A stretch of DNA of 64,000 nucleotides from a virus (IMGVR_UViG_3300046715_000123:432-64431), one strand, 5' to 3'. Shown: positions 1-8,992, counted from the first letter of the stretch. Made by a program: numbers and translations. The notes: generated by a model from the letters alone, not told the origin.

Positions 1-628
1 TCCGGCCGTCGAGGTACTCGTCGCACGTGATCGTGATGTCCGCCGGGTCCAACTCCGGTTCCTCGCCCAGCATCCGGGCCGCGACGTGCCGGCTCAGGCT
101 GCGGGCGTAGGAGGTGTTGCCGTCGATCCGGGCCAGTACCTCGATCGCCCGAAGCTGCGCCTCAGCCTCGGCGGCCTTCTCGATCGCCGTCGCCTTCTGC
201 TCCGGCGTCGCGATCTCCTCGACGTCCAGGAGGTACATGCGGACCTGCTTGGCGACGATCGACTCGGCGAGCAGCTGGCCGACGTTGAGGATCGTCCGAC
301 GGTTGAAGACCGAGAGGCTTCGGACCTTGCTGGCCCCGTTTGCGGAGGACAGGTTGTCCCTCACAAACTCGCGGAGCTCGTCGCCGCGGAGCACCTGCAG
401 GCCGTTCTCGGTGAGCTCGTCTCGGTGGCGCTGGACGACTTTCTTGATGACGTCGTCGTGCACCTCGTAGTACGAGGCGACACCGTCAGCGGTGGCGTGG
501 ATGCCATCCGGGAGCAGCGCCAGAGCCTTGACCTTGTCGAGCACGTCGACCCGGCCGGCGGTCTGCGCCCGCATCGTGCGGGACTCCGTGAGTACCAACT
601 CACTGGGTTGATCTGGGACCATGGTCAT
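1..628 (-). CDS. Antirepressor-like/DNA-binding phage protein (3' end runs off window)
   Basis: Not in ORF track (no stop in window); read manually MTMVPDQPSELVLTESRTMRAQTAGRVDVLDKVKALALLPDGIHATADGVASYYEV...; GGAG upstream; follows cro/xis. Confidence 0.6.
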   Translation of the reverse strand, partial: MTMVPDQPSELVLTESRTMRAQTAGRVDVLDKVKALALLPDGIHATADGVASYYEVHDDVIKKVVQRHRDELTENGLQVLRGDELREFVRDNLSSANGASKVRSLSVFNRRTILNVGQLLAESIVAKQVRMYLLDVEEIATPEQKATAIEKAAEAEAQLRAIEVLARIDGNTSYARSLSRHVAARMLGEEPELDPADITITCDEYLDGR

Positions 629-735
629 CAGGTCCACTCCGGTTTCTCTCAGGGAACGATGGGTGGATCGCGCGGCGTGTGCCGCGGTGGCCCCGGCTGC
701 CGGTGTGCGAACCGGCGGTTGGGGCCTCATGCCGA

Positions 736-1023
736 CTAGGCGGCGGCGCGGGCCGGCTTGCGGCGGGGGCGACCGGCACGCGTGGGGGCGTTGCGGTGCA
801 TCGCGGCGATCTCGGCGAGGTCCGAGTCGGAGAACATCAGGACCCGGCTCATGCGGTGGTGGGGGAAGCCGCCGTGGTTGACGCCGTCGCGGAGCCAGCG
901 CTGGCCGCGGAGGTCGTCTTCGCCTTCGGTGGCGAGTCCGAGCCTCACGGTGGCCTGCTTGACGTTGTAGAAGCCCTCGAGCTTGAGCGGCGTCTTGGTG
1001 GGGGGAGCTTTTCGGGTGGACAT
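736..1023 (-). CDS. Excisionase-like HTH DNA-binding protein
   Basis: YNVKQATVRLG...FPHHRMSRVLMFSDSDL is MerR/Xis-like; near integrase; start moved to ATG 1023. Confidence 0.65.
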   Translation of the reverse strand: MSTRKAPPTKTPLKLEGFYNVKQATVRLGLATEGEDDLRGQRWLRDGVNHGGFPHHRMSRVLMFSDSDLAEIAAMHRNAPTRAGRPRRKPARAAA

Positions 1024-1024
1024 G

Positions 1025-1276
1025 TCACCTCTTCTCGGGTGGATTCTCTGGGGGTGCGAGGAGCTGGGTGGAGTCGGCCAGTAGGCCGCAGGCTTCACGG
1101 AGCCGCTGGTAGGGACCTGGTCTCATGCGGGTGCGGTATCCGTTTTCGAGGTGGTTGAGGTAGCGCCGGCTTATGAGCGCTTTTCGAGCCATCTCGGCTG
1201 TGCTCAGCCCTGCCTGCTTGCGGAGCTTGCGGATTTCCGCCCCTTTCACCTGGTAGGTGGGAGGGGTTGCTTCCAT
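1025..1276 (-). CDS. Cro-like XRE HTH regulator
   Basis: IRKLRKQAGLSTAEMARKALISRRYLNHLENG XRE signature; divergent from repressor. Confidence 0.85.
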   Translation of the reverse strand: MEATPPTYQVKGAEIRKLRKQAGLSTAEMARKALISRRYLNHLENGYRTRMRPGPYQRLREACGLLADSTQLLAPPENPPEKR

Positions 1277-1285
1277 GCGTAGAAC

Positions 1286-1461
1286 CTAGCGGAAGTTGGC
1301 GGCTACGTCTAGCTGATGTTCGCAGAAGCTAGCGGAAGATCGCTACCCGACGGTAGGCGTTTCGAACGCATGTCGCGGCGCAGGCGTGATCACTGTGCGC
1401 CTTTGCGCCACTACGTTCCGGACTCCTTTGGCCCGGTCCTAGCGGGTCCTAGCGGGTCCTG
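1286..1461. promoter_or_regulatory. Lysis/lysogeny switch region with repeated operator-like motifs
   Basis: CTAGCGGAAG at 1286 and 1329; tandem GGTCCTAGCG at 1435 and 1445; between divergent XRE genes. Confidence 0.55.
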
Positions 1462-1474
1462 CGAAGATGTCGAC

Positions 1475-1891
1475 ATGACGACCCCCGACCTCGATCGCCT
1501 GGCGACGCTCGTACAGAAGCGACGCACCGAGCTACGACTCGGTATCGAGCCTGCCGCCAAGCTCGGCGGCATCTCCAAAGACACGTGGAAACGAGTCGAG
1601 GCGGGCCAGAAAGTCTGGGACCGCTCCTACGCCGGAATCGACGACGCCCTCCAATGGGCCACCGGCAGCTGCCTGCGCATCCTGGCCGGCGACGACCCCA
1701 TCGTCAGCGAACCCATCCCCGACACCACAGACGTGAATGTGTCCGACGTCCCCAAGTCGGAACTCGCCCGGCTCGTTGGCGATGCCGTCCAGAGCGCAGC
1801 CATCGCCACGAAGGGGTCACTGACGGGCGACGAGATCGCGAAGCTGAACGAGCGCGTACTCCGAGAGCTCCACGAACGAGGCGTGATCTAG
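1475..1891 (+). CDS. Immunity repressor (XRE HTH)
   Basis: RRTELRLGIEPAAKLGGISKDTWKRVEAG HTH followed by LQWATGS; upstream of integrase. Confidence 0.8.
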   Translation: MTTPDLDRLATLVQKRRTELRLGIEPAAKLGGISKDTWKRVEAGQKVWDRSYAGIDDALQWATGSCLRILAGDDPIVSEPIPDTTDVNVSDVPKSELARLVGDAVQSAAIATKGSLTGDEIAKLNERVLRELHERGVI

Positions 1892-2054
1892 GCGAAATTC
1901 AGCCGATCGGCGTACAACCTTTCCGCTTCACAGCTGTGTTCATACATTTCGTTGCATCACTTTGGTCCCCCGTGGTCCCAACAGACACGGAACGTGGCAG
2001 AGTCGTTACTACGCCTTGGGGGTTCCCCGTCCGCACCCAGAAGGGGGACCAGGT

Positions 2055-2249
2055 ATGCGGAGCACTCTGTCCATAGTCGATGTCGGCCCGAAGTTCGCAG
2101 GATGGGCCGGCCCAGCCAATGGGAGAATGATCTGTGTAGCGCCTCCCGAGATCCGCACGAGCGAGGAAGCGCAGCGCTCGATGCGCGAGATCGTGAAGCG
2201 TGTAGGAGGAGACTGTGAGGGATGCCGGGGCTGTTGGCTCGGCACCTGA
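2055..2249 (+). CDS. Small hypothetical protein with C-terminal CxxCxxC
   Basis: AAGGGGG upstream; ends GDCEGCRGCWLGT; between repressor and integrase. Confidence 0.55.
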   Translation: MRSTLSIVDVGPKFAGWAGPANGRMICVAPPEIRTSEEAQRSMREIVKRVGGDCEGCRGCWLGT

Positions 2250-2324
2250 GCACGACGGTTGCGGGGTCCTGGCGGTAGGGGTACCTGCCGGACCGCCGCG
2301 CCCAGCAACACCCAAGGGGGTCCC

Positions 2325-3662
2325 ATGCCTTACGTGGAGGCGCGCGGCAACAGCATCCGCGTGAAGTGGTGGGGCGGCGAATACCGCCTCGACGCCGACG
2401 GCAAGCCGACGCGGAAGAAGAAGTACGAGAGCGCCTCAGGCCCAGAGCCGGGAGTCCCGTTCGAGGACGAAAACGAGGCGTACAACTACGGCCTCGACCG
2501 CGAGCACGAGGTCCGCCACGGCACCCACATCCCCCGCGCCAACGCCAAGACGCTGATGGAGGACTACTGCTGGCTGTGGCTGGAAGCCCAGGACCTCAGG
2601 GACACGTCCATCAGCCGGTACAAGTCCAGGCTGCGAGCCCGGATCATTCCCTACTGGGGAGAGCGGCCCGTCGGCGACATCACGACGTGGGAGTACGACG
2701 CCTGGAAGAAGAGCCTGCAGAAGGCGGCGGCAGCCGGCGAGATTGGCCACCACTACGTCGACCAGTTGCTCAGCCTGTTCAACCTGCTGATGACGGACGC
2801 CGTCGTCAAGTACAAGCTGCGCAACGAATCGCCCATCATCGTGCAGCGGCGCCGGGGGAAGTACCGCAAGAAGAAGCGTGAGATCAAGCGGCCGATGGAG
2901 ATGGCCGTCCTCCACAAGCTGGCGACCAACGCGTACCACGTCTGGGGGTTCACCGGCTGGACCTACATGTGGACGCTCGGCTTCACCGGCATGCGCCCGC
3001 CCGGGGAAATGTGGGGTCTGCGCCGCGAGTTCACCTCGCCGACGTGGCCGGCCAGCGATCCGGACCAGGAGCAGCGGGAGGCGATGTTGGACCGCTACGG
3101 GCCGGACACGATGCCCGCCCTGCGGATCCAGTATCAGTCGCAGTACGAGGGCGGCGTGCGGTCTCAGGTCGGGCCGAAGTACGACTCGTACCGGACGCTC
3201 GTCGTGCCGCCGTTCCTGCACGAGATGCACGCTGCTCTGCTCGCCTCGCATGATTCGCCGTGGGTGTTCCCGGCCCTGGGGGGCGGCCAGATGGGGACCC
3301 AGTGGGGCAAGACCTACTGGCCGTACATTCGCGGAGGGTCCCCGCAGAGGTCGGCGCGCAAGGACTACATGCGTCGCGAGATCCAGCCGGTCAAGGAGAT
3401 GACGGGCAAGCGGATCTACCTGCTGCGGCACGGGCACCGCGAGTGGCTCGAGGAGGACGGGCATTCGCGGATCGCGATGGAGACCCGGATGGGGCACGAG
3501 GTGGCCGGTGTCGAGGGCCTCTACGCGAACCTGACGCCCTCTATGGAGCGGCGGATCGCTGACACGCTGGAGGAGCGGTGGGAGGCGTTCTGGGGGATGG
3601 GGGTGTGGTGGGCTCCGCCGTTTCCCATTAGTCTCCCAGAAGGGTCACCTGGCGAGGGATAG
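2325..3662 (+). CDS. int: Tyrosine integrase
   Basis: TGMRPPGE, YLLRHGH, MGH and EGLY catalytic motifs; arm-binding-like N-terminus. Confidence 0.92.
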   Translation: MPYVEARGNSIRVKWWGGEYRLDADGKPTRKKKYESASGPEPGVPFEDENEAYNYGLDREHEVRHGTHIPRANAKTLMEDYCWLWLEAQDLRDTSISRYKSRLRARIIPYWGERPVGDITTWEYDAWKKSLQKAAAAGEIGHHYVDQLLSLFNLLMTDAVVKYKLRNESPIIVQRRRGKYRKKKREIKRPMEMAVLHKLATNAYHVWGFTGWTYMWTLGFTGMRPPGEMWGLRREFTSPTWPASDPDQEQREAMLDRYGPDTMPALRIQYQSQYEGGVRSQVGPKYDSYRTLVVPPFLHEMHAALLASHDSPWVFPALGGGQMGTQWGKTYWPYIRGGSPQRSARKDYMRREIQPVKEMTGKRIYLLRHGHREWLEEDGHSRIAMETRMGHEVAGVEGLYANLTPSMERRIADTLEERWEAFWGMGVWWAPPFPISLPEGSPGEG

Positions 3663-3856
3663 TCGCAGGTGAATGCGGGAATGAGGGGCGGTGCATCGGC
3701 ATGGTGACCATGCTGCTGACGCTCTGACGGACGTGTCGTCTACCTGCAGTCCAGCGCTTTCACCTGCGGGCGGGCAATTCCCAGGTAGCGGAAGTGTGCG
3801 GAAGTTGGCCGAAGCGCGCAGTCGCTCCCCATGATCGTCTCCCATCTGTCTCCCAT
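3621..3856. other. Putative intact attP
   Basis: Arm-type TCCCA repeats on both sides (3621, 3631; GTCTCCCAT 3837, 3848); inverted CGCAGGTGAA/TTCACCTGCG (3665/3759); central dyad GCATGGT-G-ACCATGC 3699-3713. Confidence 0.65.
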
Positions 3857-3900
3857 CCGCTTGGTCATCTGAACGCCACTGCGGTATGGATGCGTAGTAG

Positions 3901-3958
3901 AAGGGCTGGGGCCGGAGTCACCTTGGGGGCAGCCGATGGACTCCGGCCCCGGCCCTTC
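3901..3958. terminator. Long hairpin, probable terminator
   Basis: AAGGGCTGGGGCCGGAGTC...GACTCCGGCCCCGGCCCTT inverted repeat. Confidence 0.5.
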
Positions 3959-4326
3959 GTTCAACGCGTGCCCGGTACACCGATTATGGCCTGCCGGGGC
4001 CTTGCGTGCGGGAGTCCAGCACTGAAGCCGAGTGCCCGCGATGGTCCACCGGTCGGCCGTCGAAGGGGGTACTGCACGGCCGGGCGGTGAACCAATCGAT
4101 GCCGCGGCGTTCAGGTGTCCGCGGCACCGAATCTTGTATGGGAACAACTGTTCGAGACGACGACTCTACTCGCAGTCACCAGGCATATGCCAGTGCGCTG
4201 TCGCGTGTGACGCCTTCGTCTTCTCTACGGCGGGGGTGGGTCCGTCCGTCGCAGAACTTTCCATGATCGGAAGATGCCGCAAAACTGCTGCTGACATATG
4301 ATCATGGTCGCTAAGAGGTTGGTCCC

Positions 4327-4557
4327 GTGCCAGCCGACCAGCCCCAGTGGGTTCTCGACGCCCGCCGAGCCGTCGGTGACCGCATCCGCGTGCGGAGACT
4401 GTGGCTCAACATGACCCAGGAATCGCTCGCCTTCACGAGCTGCCTGGACCGGTCGACGATCCAACGCATGGAAGCCGGCCAGGAGATGAAACTCAGCCAC
4501 CTGCTGCTCGTCGCCGAGGCGTTGCGTGTGCATGTGACCGACCTCCTTCACGGATGA
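4327..4557 (+). CDS. Small XRE HTH regulator
   Basis: IRVRRLWLNMTQESLAFTSCLDRSTIQRMEAG. Confidence 0.85.
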   Translation: MPADQPQWVLDARRAVGDRIRVRRLWLNMTQESLAFTSCLDRSTIQRMEAGQEMKLSHLLLVAEALRVHVTDLLHG

Positions 4558-4825
4558 CCGCAGGCGCCCGTGAGCGCTCACGCTTTGACTACAAGTCAGT
4601 GAACATGCGACTCAACTACCCCGACAAGGTTCACGACTCAACCGTCTACACATCATCCACACAATCGTCGCGTTGACAAATAGCTCAGCGCGACGCATTG
4701 ACCAGGGGTTTCCTGAGAGGCAAGGCGGACGCCAGGTAAGTACCGCCGCTTCCGGAATGCCGCCTCGGCAATTTGTCAGACTCCAGCTGGTTGCCTCAGG
4801 CCACCGCGCATCCTCTGACTGCGGT

Positions 4826-5002
4826 TCAGTCCCGTTCCACGACCGGTGCGTGCACCTTGCGGCACACGCATGCGCATCGTGTCAGCGGGCTCGCCGGCCC
4901 TGGCCCCGCCTTGAGGTCGATGTTGCCGTCGCAGTAGCCGCATTCGCCGAGGCTGCACGGCGGGCATACGTCGTCGCGGCGGTCGGCTGGCGGGCTGGTC
5001 AT
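4826..5002 (-). CDS. Small Cys-rich hypothetical protein
   Basis: MTSPP...CPPCSLGECGYC...CACVC; start overlaps upstream stop. Confidence 0.5.
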   Translation of the reverse strand: MTSPPADRRDDVCPPCSLGECGYCDGNIDLKAGPGPASPLTRCACVCRKVHAPVVERD

Positions 5003-5181
5003 AGGACGCCTCGGAGGCCGTGCGTGGTTTGGGCGGGGCAGACGTAGACGCCGCCGATGCCGACACCGGTTGGGGAGATTTTCTCGCCGATGCGGAGCGG
5101 CTGGTGGTCGTGGCTGCCGCAGGGGCAGCGGGGTTCGTCTGGGGGTGCACTCTCGGGCGCCCGATCCGTAGGCTCGGTCAC
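4999..5181 (-). CDS. Small hypothetical protein (possible Zn-binding)
   Basis: VTEP...CPCGSH...VYVCPAQ. Confidence 0.45.
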   Translation of the reverse strand: MTEPTDRAPESAPPDEPRCPCGSHDHQPLRIGEKISPTGVGIGGVYVCPAQTTHGLRGVL

Positions 5182-5338
5182 GTCGACGCTCCACTCCGTC
5201 GGCCACGCCCCCGGACCGTGCCATCGGTCGCGGGGGTTTTCTCTGTGCTGGTGACGATACCCCGGCAGGCTAGGGGGTATAGGTCGGCTGGGTCGACTCG
5301 TCTCGCGCGTCCGGCTAGGTCCACCTAGCTTCGGGATC

Positions 5339-5584
5339 ATGAAGTGGGAGCCGGAGGTGCCTAGGTGGCGGCAGGTGTACGCGGTCCTGTCCGAGCGGAT
5401 CATCGACGGCACCTACGCGCCTGGGGGCAGGCTTCCGTCAGCGATGGCGATCTGCGGCGAGTTCGGGATCAGTCAGGTGACCGCGAAGCGTGTTCTGACG
5501 GAGCTACGGAGGGCGGGGCTGGCGGAGATGCAGGTTGGCATCGGGACGTTCGTCACCGAGCTACCGCAGTCACCCACTTCGTAG
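5339..5584 (+). CDS. GntR-family HTH-only regulator
   Basis: WRQVYAVLSERIIDGTYAPGGRLPS...EFGISQVTAKRVLTELRRAGL...GIGTFV. Confidence 0.9.
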   Translation: MKWEPEVPRWRQVYAVLSERIIDGTYAPGGRLPSAMAICGEFGISQVTAKRVLTELRRAGLAEMQVGIGTFVTELPQSPTS

Positions 5585-5617
5585 CCCGCTGACAGACCCC
5601 GCGGCTAGGCTTTGACC

Positions 5618-5797
5618 ATGCCCCCCACTCCCCCGCCTGACGGTGTGCTGCGCACGGCTGCGGCCGTGAACGCGGACATCCGTGCGCTGTGGCCGCACCC
5701 TCAGGTGCCGCTCACAGACGGGCAGCGGGCCGAGTACGGGCGGCTGATCGCGGAGTGGGCGGCGGCGGTCCGGGCCGAGGTCGTTGAGGCGGCGTGA
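5618..5797 (+). CDS. Hypothetical protein
   Basis: RTAAAVNADIRALW...EYGRLIAEWAAA; followed by hairpin. Confidence 0.6.
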   Translation: MPPTPPPDGVLRTAAAVNADIRALWPHPQVPLTDGQRAEYGRLIAEWAAAVRAEVVEAA

Positions 5798-5803
5798 CAG
5801 CGC

Positions 5804-5837
5804 GACGCCCCGCCTGAGGAAAGCAGGCGGGGCGTCG
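5804..5837. terminator. Bidirectional terminator hairpin
   Basis: GACGCCCCGCCTG...CAGGCGGGGCGTC between convergent genes. Confidence 0.6.
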
Positions 5838-5848
5838 TTCCTTCGTGC

Positions 5849-6067
5849 TCAGTGCTCGGCAGCCGAACTGACGGACGGGACGGGGCCGTATCGCAGCCGC
5901 AAGGCTTCCAGGGTGACGTCCAGGGCGCTGGCCATGGCGGTGCGCACGCCGCGGACGCTGCTCGCCGCCAACTCGGCGGCCAGGGCCTCCTCCTCTCGCT
6001 GGAGGCGCATGCGGTCCTGGTGTAGTTCCTTGAGGCGGGCCAGCTTCTCCGCGATCGTCTCGTCCAT
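5849..6067 (-). CDS. Small coiled-coil/HTH-like protein
   Basis: 72 aa; TGATG coupling to upstream gene. Confidence 0.6.
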   Translation of the reverse strand: MDETIAEKLARLKELHQDRMRLQREEEALAAELAASSVRGVRTAMASALDVTLEALRLRYGPVPSVSSAAEH

Positions 6068-6549
6068 CAGGCATTCACCATCGCGGGCGGGGCGAAGTCC
6101 TCATGCCGGGAACCGCCCGCGCTGAAGACGTACAGGAAGATCGCGGCACCGTTGTGGTAAGTGAGGGTGGCGCCGTAGCGGATGGCGCCCGGGGTGTCAC
6201 GGTCCTGGTAGCAGGCAACGCTGCTGGTCTCGTCGGCAGCGACGGACACGGCCAGGGCGGCTAGATACTTCTCCACCGCCGCCACGTCGAGCTTGTTGCC
6301 GCTGGCGGGGTCGGGGATGTCGAGGGCCGGGTGCGGCTTGCCAGTGACCGGCGGCGCGGGCTGGTCGTGGCGTTCTCCGTCGGCGAGCCGGCCCACGATC
6401 TGAACGTTGACGGGCACGCCGGCGCGGGTGGTGGCGATGACGCCGTGCGGAGAGCGGTCGAAGCCGGCCTCGCTGTAGGTGCGGGCGGTGAGGCGGCCGT
6501 CGCGGTTGATGGCGTCGGCCAGGAGGCGCTCGAAGCGGTCGGGGCGCAT
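6067..6549 (-). CDS. Hypothetical protein
   Basis: MRPDRFERLL...; GAAAGG RBS; GC3-biased codons. Confidence 0.65.
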   Translation of the reverse strand: MRPDRFERLLADAINRDGRLTARTYSEAGFDRSPHGVIATTRAGVPVNVQIVGRLADGERHDQPAPPVTGKPHPALDIPDPASGNKLDVAAVEKYLAALAVSVAADETSSVACYQDRDTPGAIRYGATLTYHNGAAIFLYVFSAGGSRHEDFAPPAMVNA

Positions 6550-6625
6550 GGGGGCCTTTCTGGGGTGGGCGGGTAGCGTGGGGCTGGTGGCCCCCACCCA
6601 ATTCACCTGGGTGGGGGCCACGCCG

Positions 6626-6760
6626 TTAGATGCGGACCGTGCTCTTGCCGCTGCCGGAGCACTTGGCTCGGCTTCCGGCCGCCTGGTGCGGCGGGCAGTC
6701 CTTGCCCACCGGGGCGCCCACCAGGGCTCCGCAGACACGGCATGCGCTCTTCGGCGCCAT
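6626..6760 (-). CDS. 44-aa Zn-finger-like microprotein (below ORF-track cutoff)
   Basis: MAPKSACRVCGALVGAPVGKDCPPHQAAGSRAKCSGSGKSTVRI; GAGGG RBS. Confidence 0.6.
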   Translation of the reverse strand: MAPKSACRVCGALVGAPVGKDCPPHQAAGSRAKCSGSGKSTVRI

Positions 6761-6811
6761 ACCAACCCTCTTTTCTCTTGTCGGGCGGGCAGGGCGCCCG
6801 CCGTCAAGACC

Positions 6812-6849
6812 AGTATACCAAGCCGGTTGGGGTACACCAAGCAGGTTGG
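6812..6849 (-). promoter_or_regulatory. Promoter with tandem operators
   Basis: TATACT -10 on minus strand (6812-6817) overlapped by two GTA(T/C)ACCAAGC(C/A)GGTTGG repeats (6813, 6832). Confidence 0.6.
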
Positions 6850-6971
6850 CTAATTGAGGGGTGGCTGTCGTGTCGCCGTCCGAAGCCTGACAAGAGAGCG
6901 CCCCGCGCCCGGTGCATCAGCCGGGGCGGGGCGAGCGCGTGCAGCCAGCAGCGCGGATAGATGATCCGATT

Positions 6972-7196
6972 CTACGGGGCGTCGCCGACATCACCGGGCT
7001 CGGGCCACGTCGCCAACGCGGTGCCGGTCTCCTCGTCGACGAGGGTGACCCGGGCGCCCGGCAGGCCGCTGTACTCGCCGACCCACGCGGCGAACTTGCG
7101 GCGGGCTGTCACCTCGGACGACCACCAGCCGTACATCACCGGTCGGCCGTCGGCGGTCAGGGTGAGGTGGAAGCGGTCGGCGTTCACATAGCTCAC
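6972..7196 (-). CDS. Hypothetical protein
   Basis: RFHLTLTADGRPVMYGWWSSEVTARRKF...TWP; phage-like small protein. Confidence 0.65.
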   Translation of the reverse strand: MSYVNADRFHLTLTADGRPVMYGWWSSEVTARRKFAAWVGEYSGLPGARVTLVDEETGTALATWPEPGDVGDAP

Positions 7197-7197
7197 G

Positions 7198-7452
7198 CTA
7201 CGACCTGGCCGCCCGGAAACCGGCGATCATGCAGTCGCGGCACGAGTCCCGCCACCGCAACCCCAAGCCGGGCACGGACAGCACCTGCGTCGCAACCGCC
7301 GGCTCCCCGCATGACGAACACGGGCGGCGCATCCACGACAACGGGTGCACACGCGCCTGCCAGCCCGACAGGCGCGGCGGCACATCCGGGGCCGGCTCCA
7401 GAGCGGCCGGGTCGATGCCGAGGGCGTCGAGGATCCGCGTGTCGTCTCGCAT
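7198..7452 (-). CDS. Hypothetical Zn-ribbon protein
   Basis: CSSC...CRDC; GAGGAGG RBS. Confidence 0.6.
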   Translation of the reverse strand: MRDDTRILDALGIDPAALEPAPDVPPRLSGWQARVHPLSWMRRPCSSCGEPAVATQVLSVPGLGLRWRDSCRDCMIAGFRAARS

Positions 7453-7532
7453 CGCTGCCTCCTCGGATGACAGAGCCCGCCGCGACGGGGGACTGCGCGG
7501 CGGGCCTACAAGCAGTCTGGCACGGGGCGGGG

Positions 7533-8531
7533 CTACAGGCCGATCCCTCTCATCGGGTTGTCGCGCCATTTGTCGACGGGCCGGATGTACTCCAGCACTT
7601 GGGGGCTGGTCTTGGACCAGCGGCCGTGGTCGGCGATGAAGCTGACGGGCTGGCCTGCCTTCGCTGCTTCGGTGGGGCCGCCGGCTCGGATGCCGTGGGC
7701 GGTGAACGCATCAGCGTTCGGCAGTCCGGCCGCTTTGGCAAGGTGCTTGACGCGTTCGTTGATGGACCAGCCGGACATGCCGCCGGGCTGCAGCTGGCCC
7801 CAGCGGTTGATGCGGCGCAGCAGGGGCCCGTCGGTGATGCCGTGCTCGGCGAGGGAGGCCAGCCAGGCGCGGGCTACGCGGATGGGGTCGGTGTCGGGGT
7901 GCACGCCGTGCGGGATGTTCACCTCGGCGCCGTCGGCACCTTGGTCGGTCTTGGACTTGCGGATGAGGACGGTGATGCCGTCGTCGGTGAACGTCAGGTC
8001 GGAGATGTGGAGGGCGGAGAGTTCGGAGCGGCGGGCCATCATGGCGAATCCGATGACGAGGAGAACGCGGTCGCGTTGTCCTGTGGGCGTCGTCGGGTCG
8101 GTGGCGTCGATCATCTTGCGCAGCGGGTCGAGGGTGACGGGGGCGGACTGCCGCTTGCGCTTCCCGACTTCGGCGCGGTCCCGCTTGTGGGTCTTGAGGA
8201 TCCGCAGGGCTGCCCTGGTGTCGGGCTGCCCGTCGTGGCCTGCTTCCCGGTGGGCAACGCGGATGGTGGCGATGGCCTGCTCGATGGTGGACGGTGCCTT
8301 GTCTTGGTCGCAGAGGTGGCTGACGTAGTCGGCGAGGGTCTGCGCGCTGGCGGGCAGAGTGTCGCGTCCGCGTTCCTCGCACCAGGCGATGAAGTCGCGG
8401 GCCTGCCTGCGGTAGGCGGTCTTGGTGTTGTCGGGGATGGACCGGTCGAGGCGGTCGAGGGCTGCCGGGGAGAGGGCCGTGTTTGGGTCGTGCGGGGCGA
8501 CTTCGGCCGGGCGGGGTTCGAGGTCGGTCAC
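7533..8531 (-). CDS. Cre-like tyrosine recombinase/resolvase
   Basis: SAM-like N-domain (NTKTAYRRQARDFIAWC); ARRSEL, KSKTDQ, HGIRAG, GRW, LEY; Trp in the second His position as in Cre; no arm-binding domain. Confidence 0.9.
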   Translation of the reverse strand: MTDLEPRPAEVAPHDPNTALSPAALDRLDRSIPDNTKTAYRRQARDFIAWCEERGRDTLPASAQTLADYVSHLCDQDKAPSTIEQAIATIRVAHREAGHDGQPDTRAALRILKTHKRDRAEVGKRKRQSAPVTLDPLRKMIDATDPTTPTGQRDRVLLVIGFAMMARRSELSALHISDLTFTDDGITVLIRKSKTDQGADGAEVNIPHGVHPDTDPIRVARAWLASLAEHGITDGPLLRRINRWGQLQPGGMSGWSINERVKHLAKAAGLPNADAFTAHGIRAGGPTEAAKAGQPVSFIADHGRWSKTSPQVLEYIRPVDKWRDNPMRGIGL

Positions 8532-8779
8532 GATGCCTCCGGGCCGATCAGATCGACGATTCGCCCTACGATCCGCGCCTTCTGTCCGGGCAAGTCCAGC
8601 TCGTCCATGCGGAGCCGCTGCAACTCCGCCAGCTCGTGCGCGTAGCCGTTCATCAGCCCGTTGGCCTGCTCTTCGCTCGCCCCGCCAGCCAGCAGTGTCC
8701 GCCGAAGCGCGAGCGATGCGGCAGTGGAGGCGGCAGGGGTGGCGTCCGGCTGGCGGGGAGCTCCCTCTGCGGCACTCAT
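8528..8779 (-). CDS. Hypothetical protein in recombinase operon
   Basis: Overlapping start/stop with both neighbours. Confidence 0.6.
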   Translation of the reverse strand: MSAAEGAPRQPDATPAASTAASLALRRTLLAGGASEEQANGLMNGYAHELAELQRLRMDELDLPGQKARIVGRIVDLIGPEAS

Positions 8780-8976
8780 CGTTCGCCTCCCCAGAGACTC
8801 GTGCACAGCGCGGCATCGTGCGGGCCGCTAATGATGAGGCATCCGCGCTCGTGCCGACCAGTGCGCACCGTAAACGGGTGCCACGGTGCGCCAGGGGCGG
8901 CTGGACGCTCGGTGTGGTAATCCTTCGGCCGCCCACATACGCAGCGGATCTCTTTGAGTGTCAGGTCGTCAGGCAT
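8776..8976 (-). CDS. Small Cys/His protein, probably leaderless
   Basis: MPDDLTLKEIRCVCGRPKDYH...; TGGTAGAAT extended -10 just upstream of ATG. Confidence 0.5.
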   Translation of the reverse strand: MPDDLTLKEIRCVCGRPKDYHTERPAAPGAPWHPFTVRTGRHERGCLIISGPHDAALCTSLWGGER

Positions 8977-8992
8977 AGCTGATTCTACCATT

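Noticed and set aside
3660-4320. tRNA/tmRNA at the attachment site
   Set aside because: No cloverleaf or T-loop/CCA pattern recognised; the core looks like a protein-coding 3' end.
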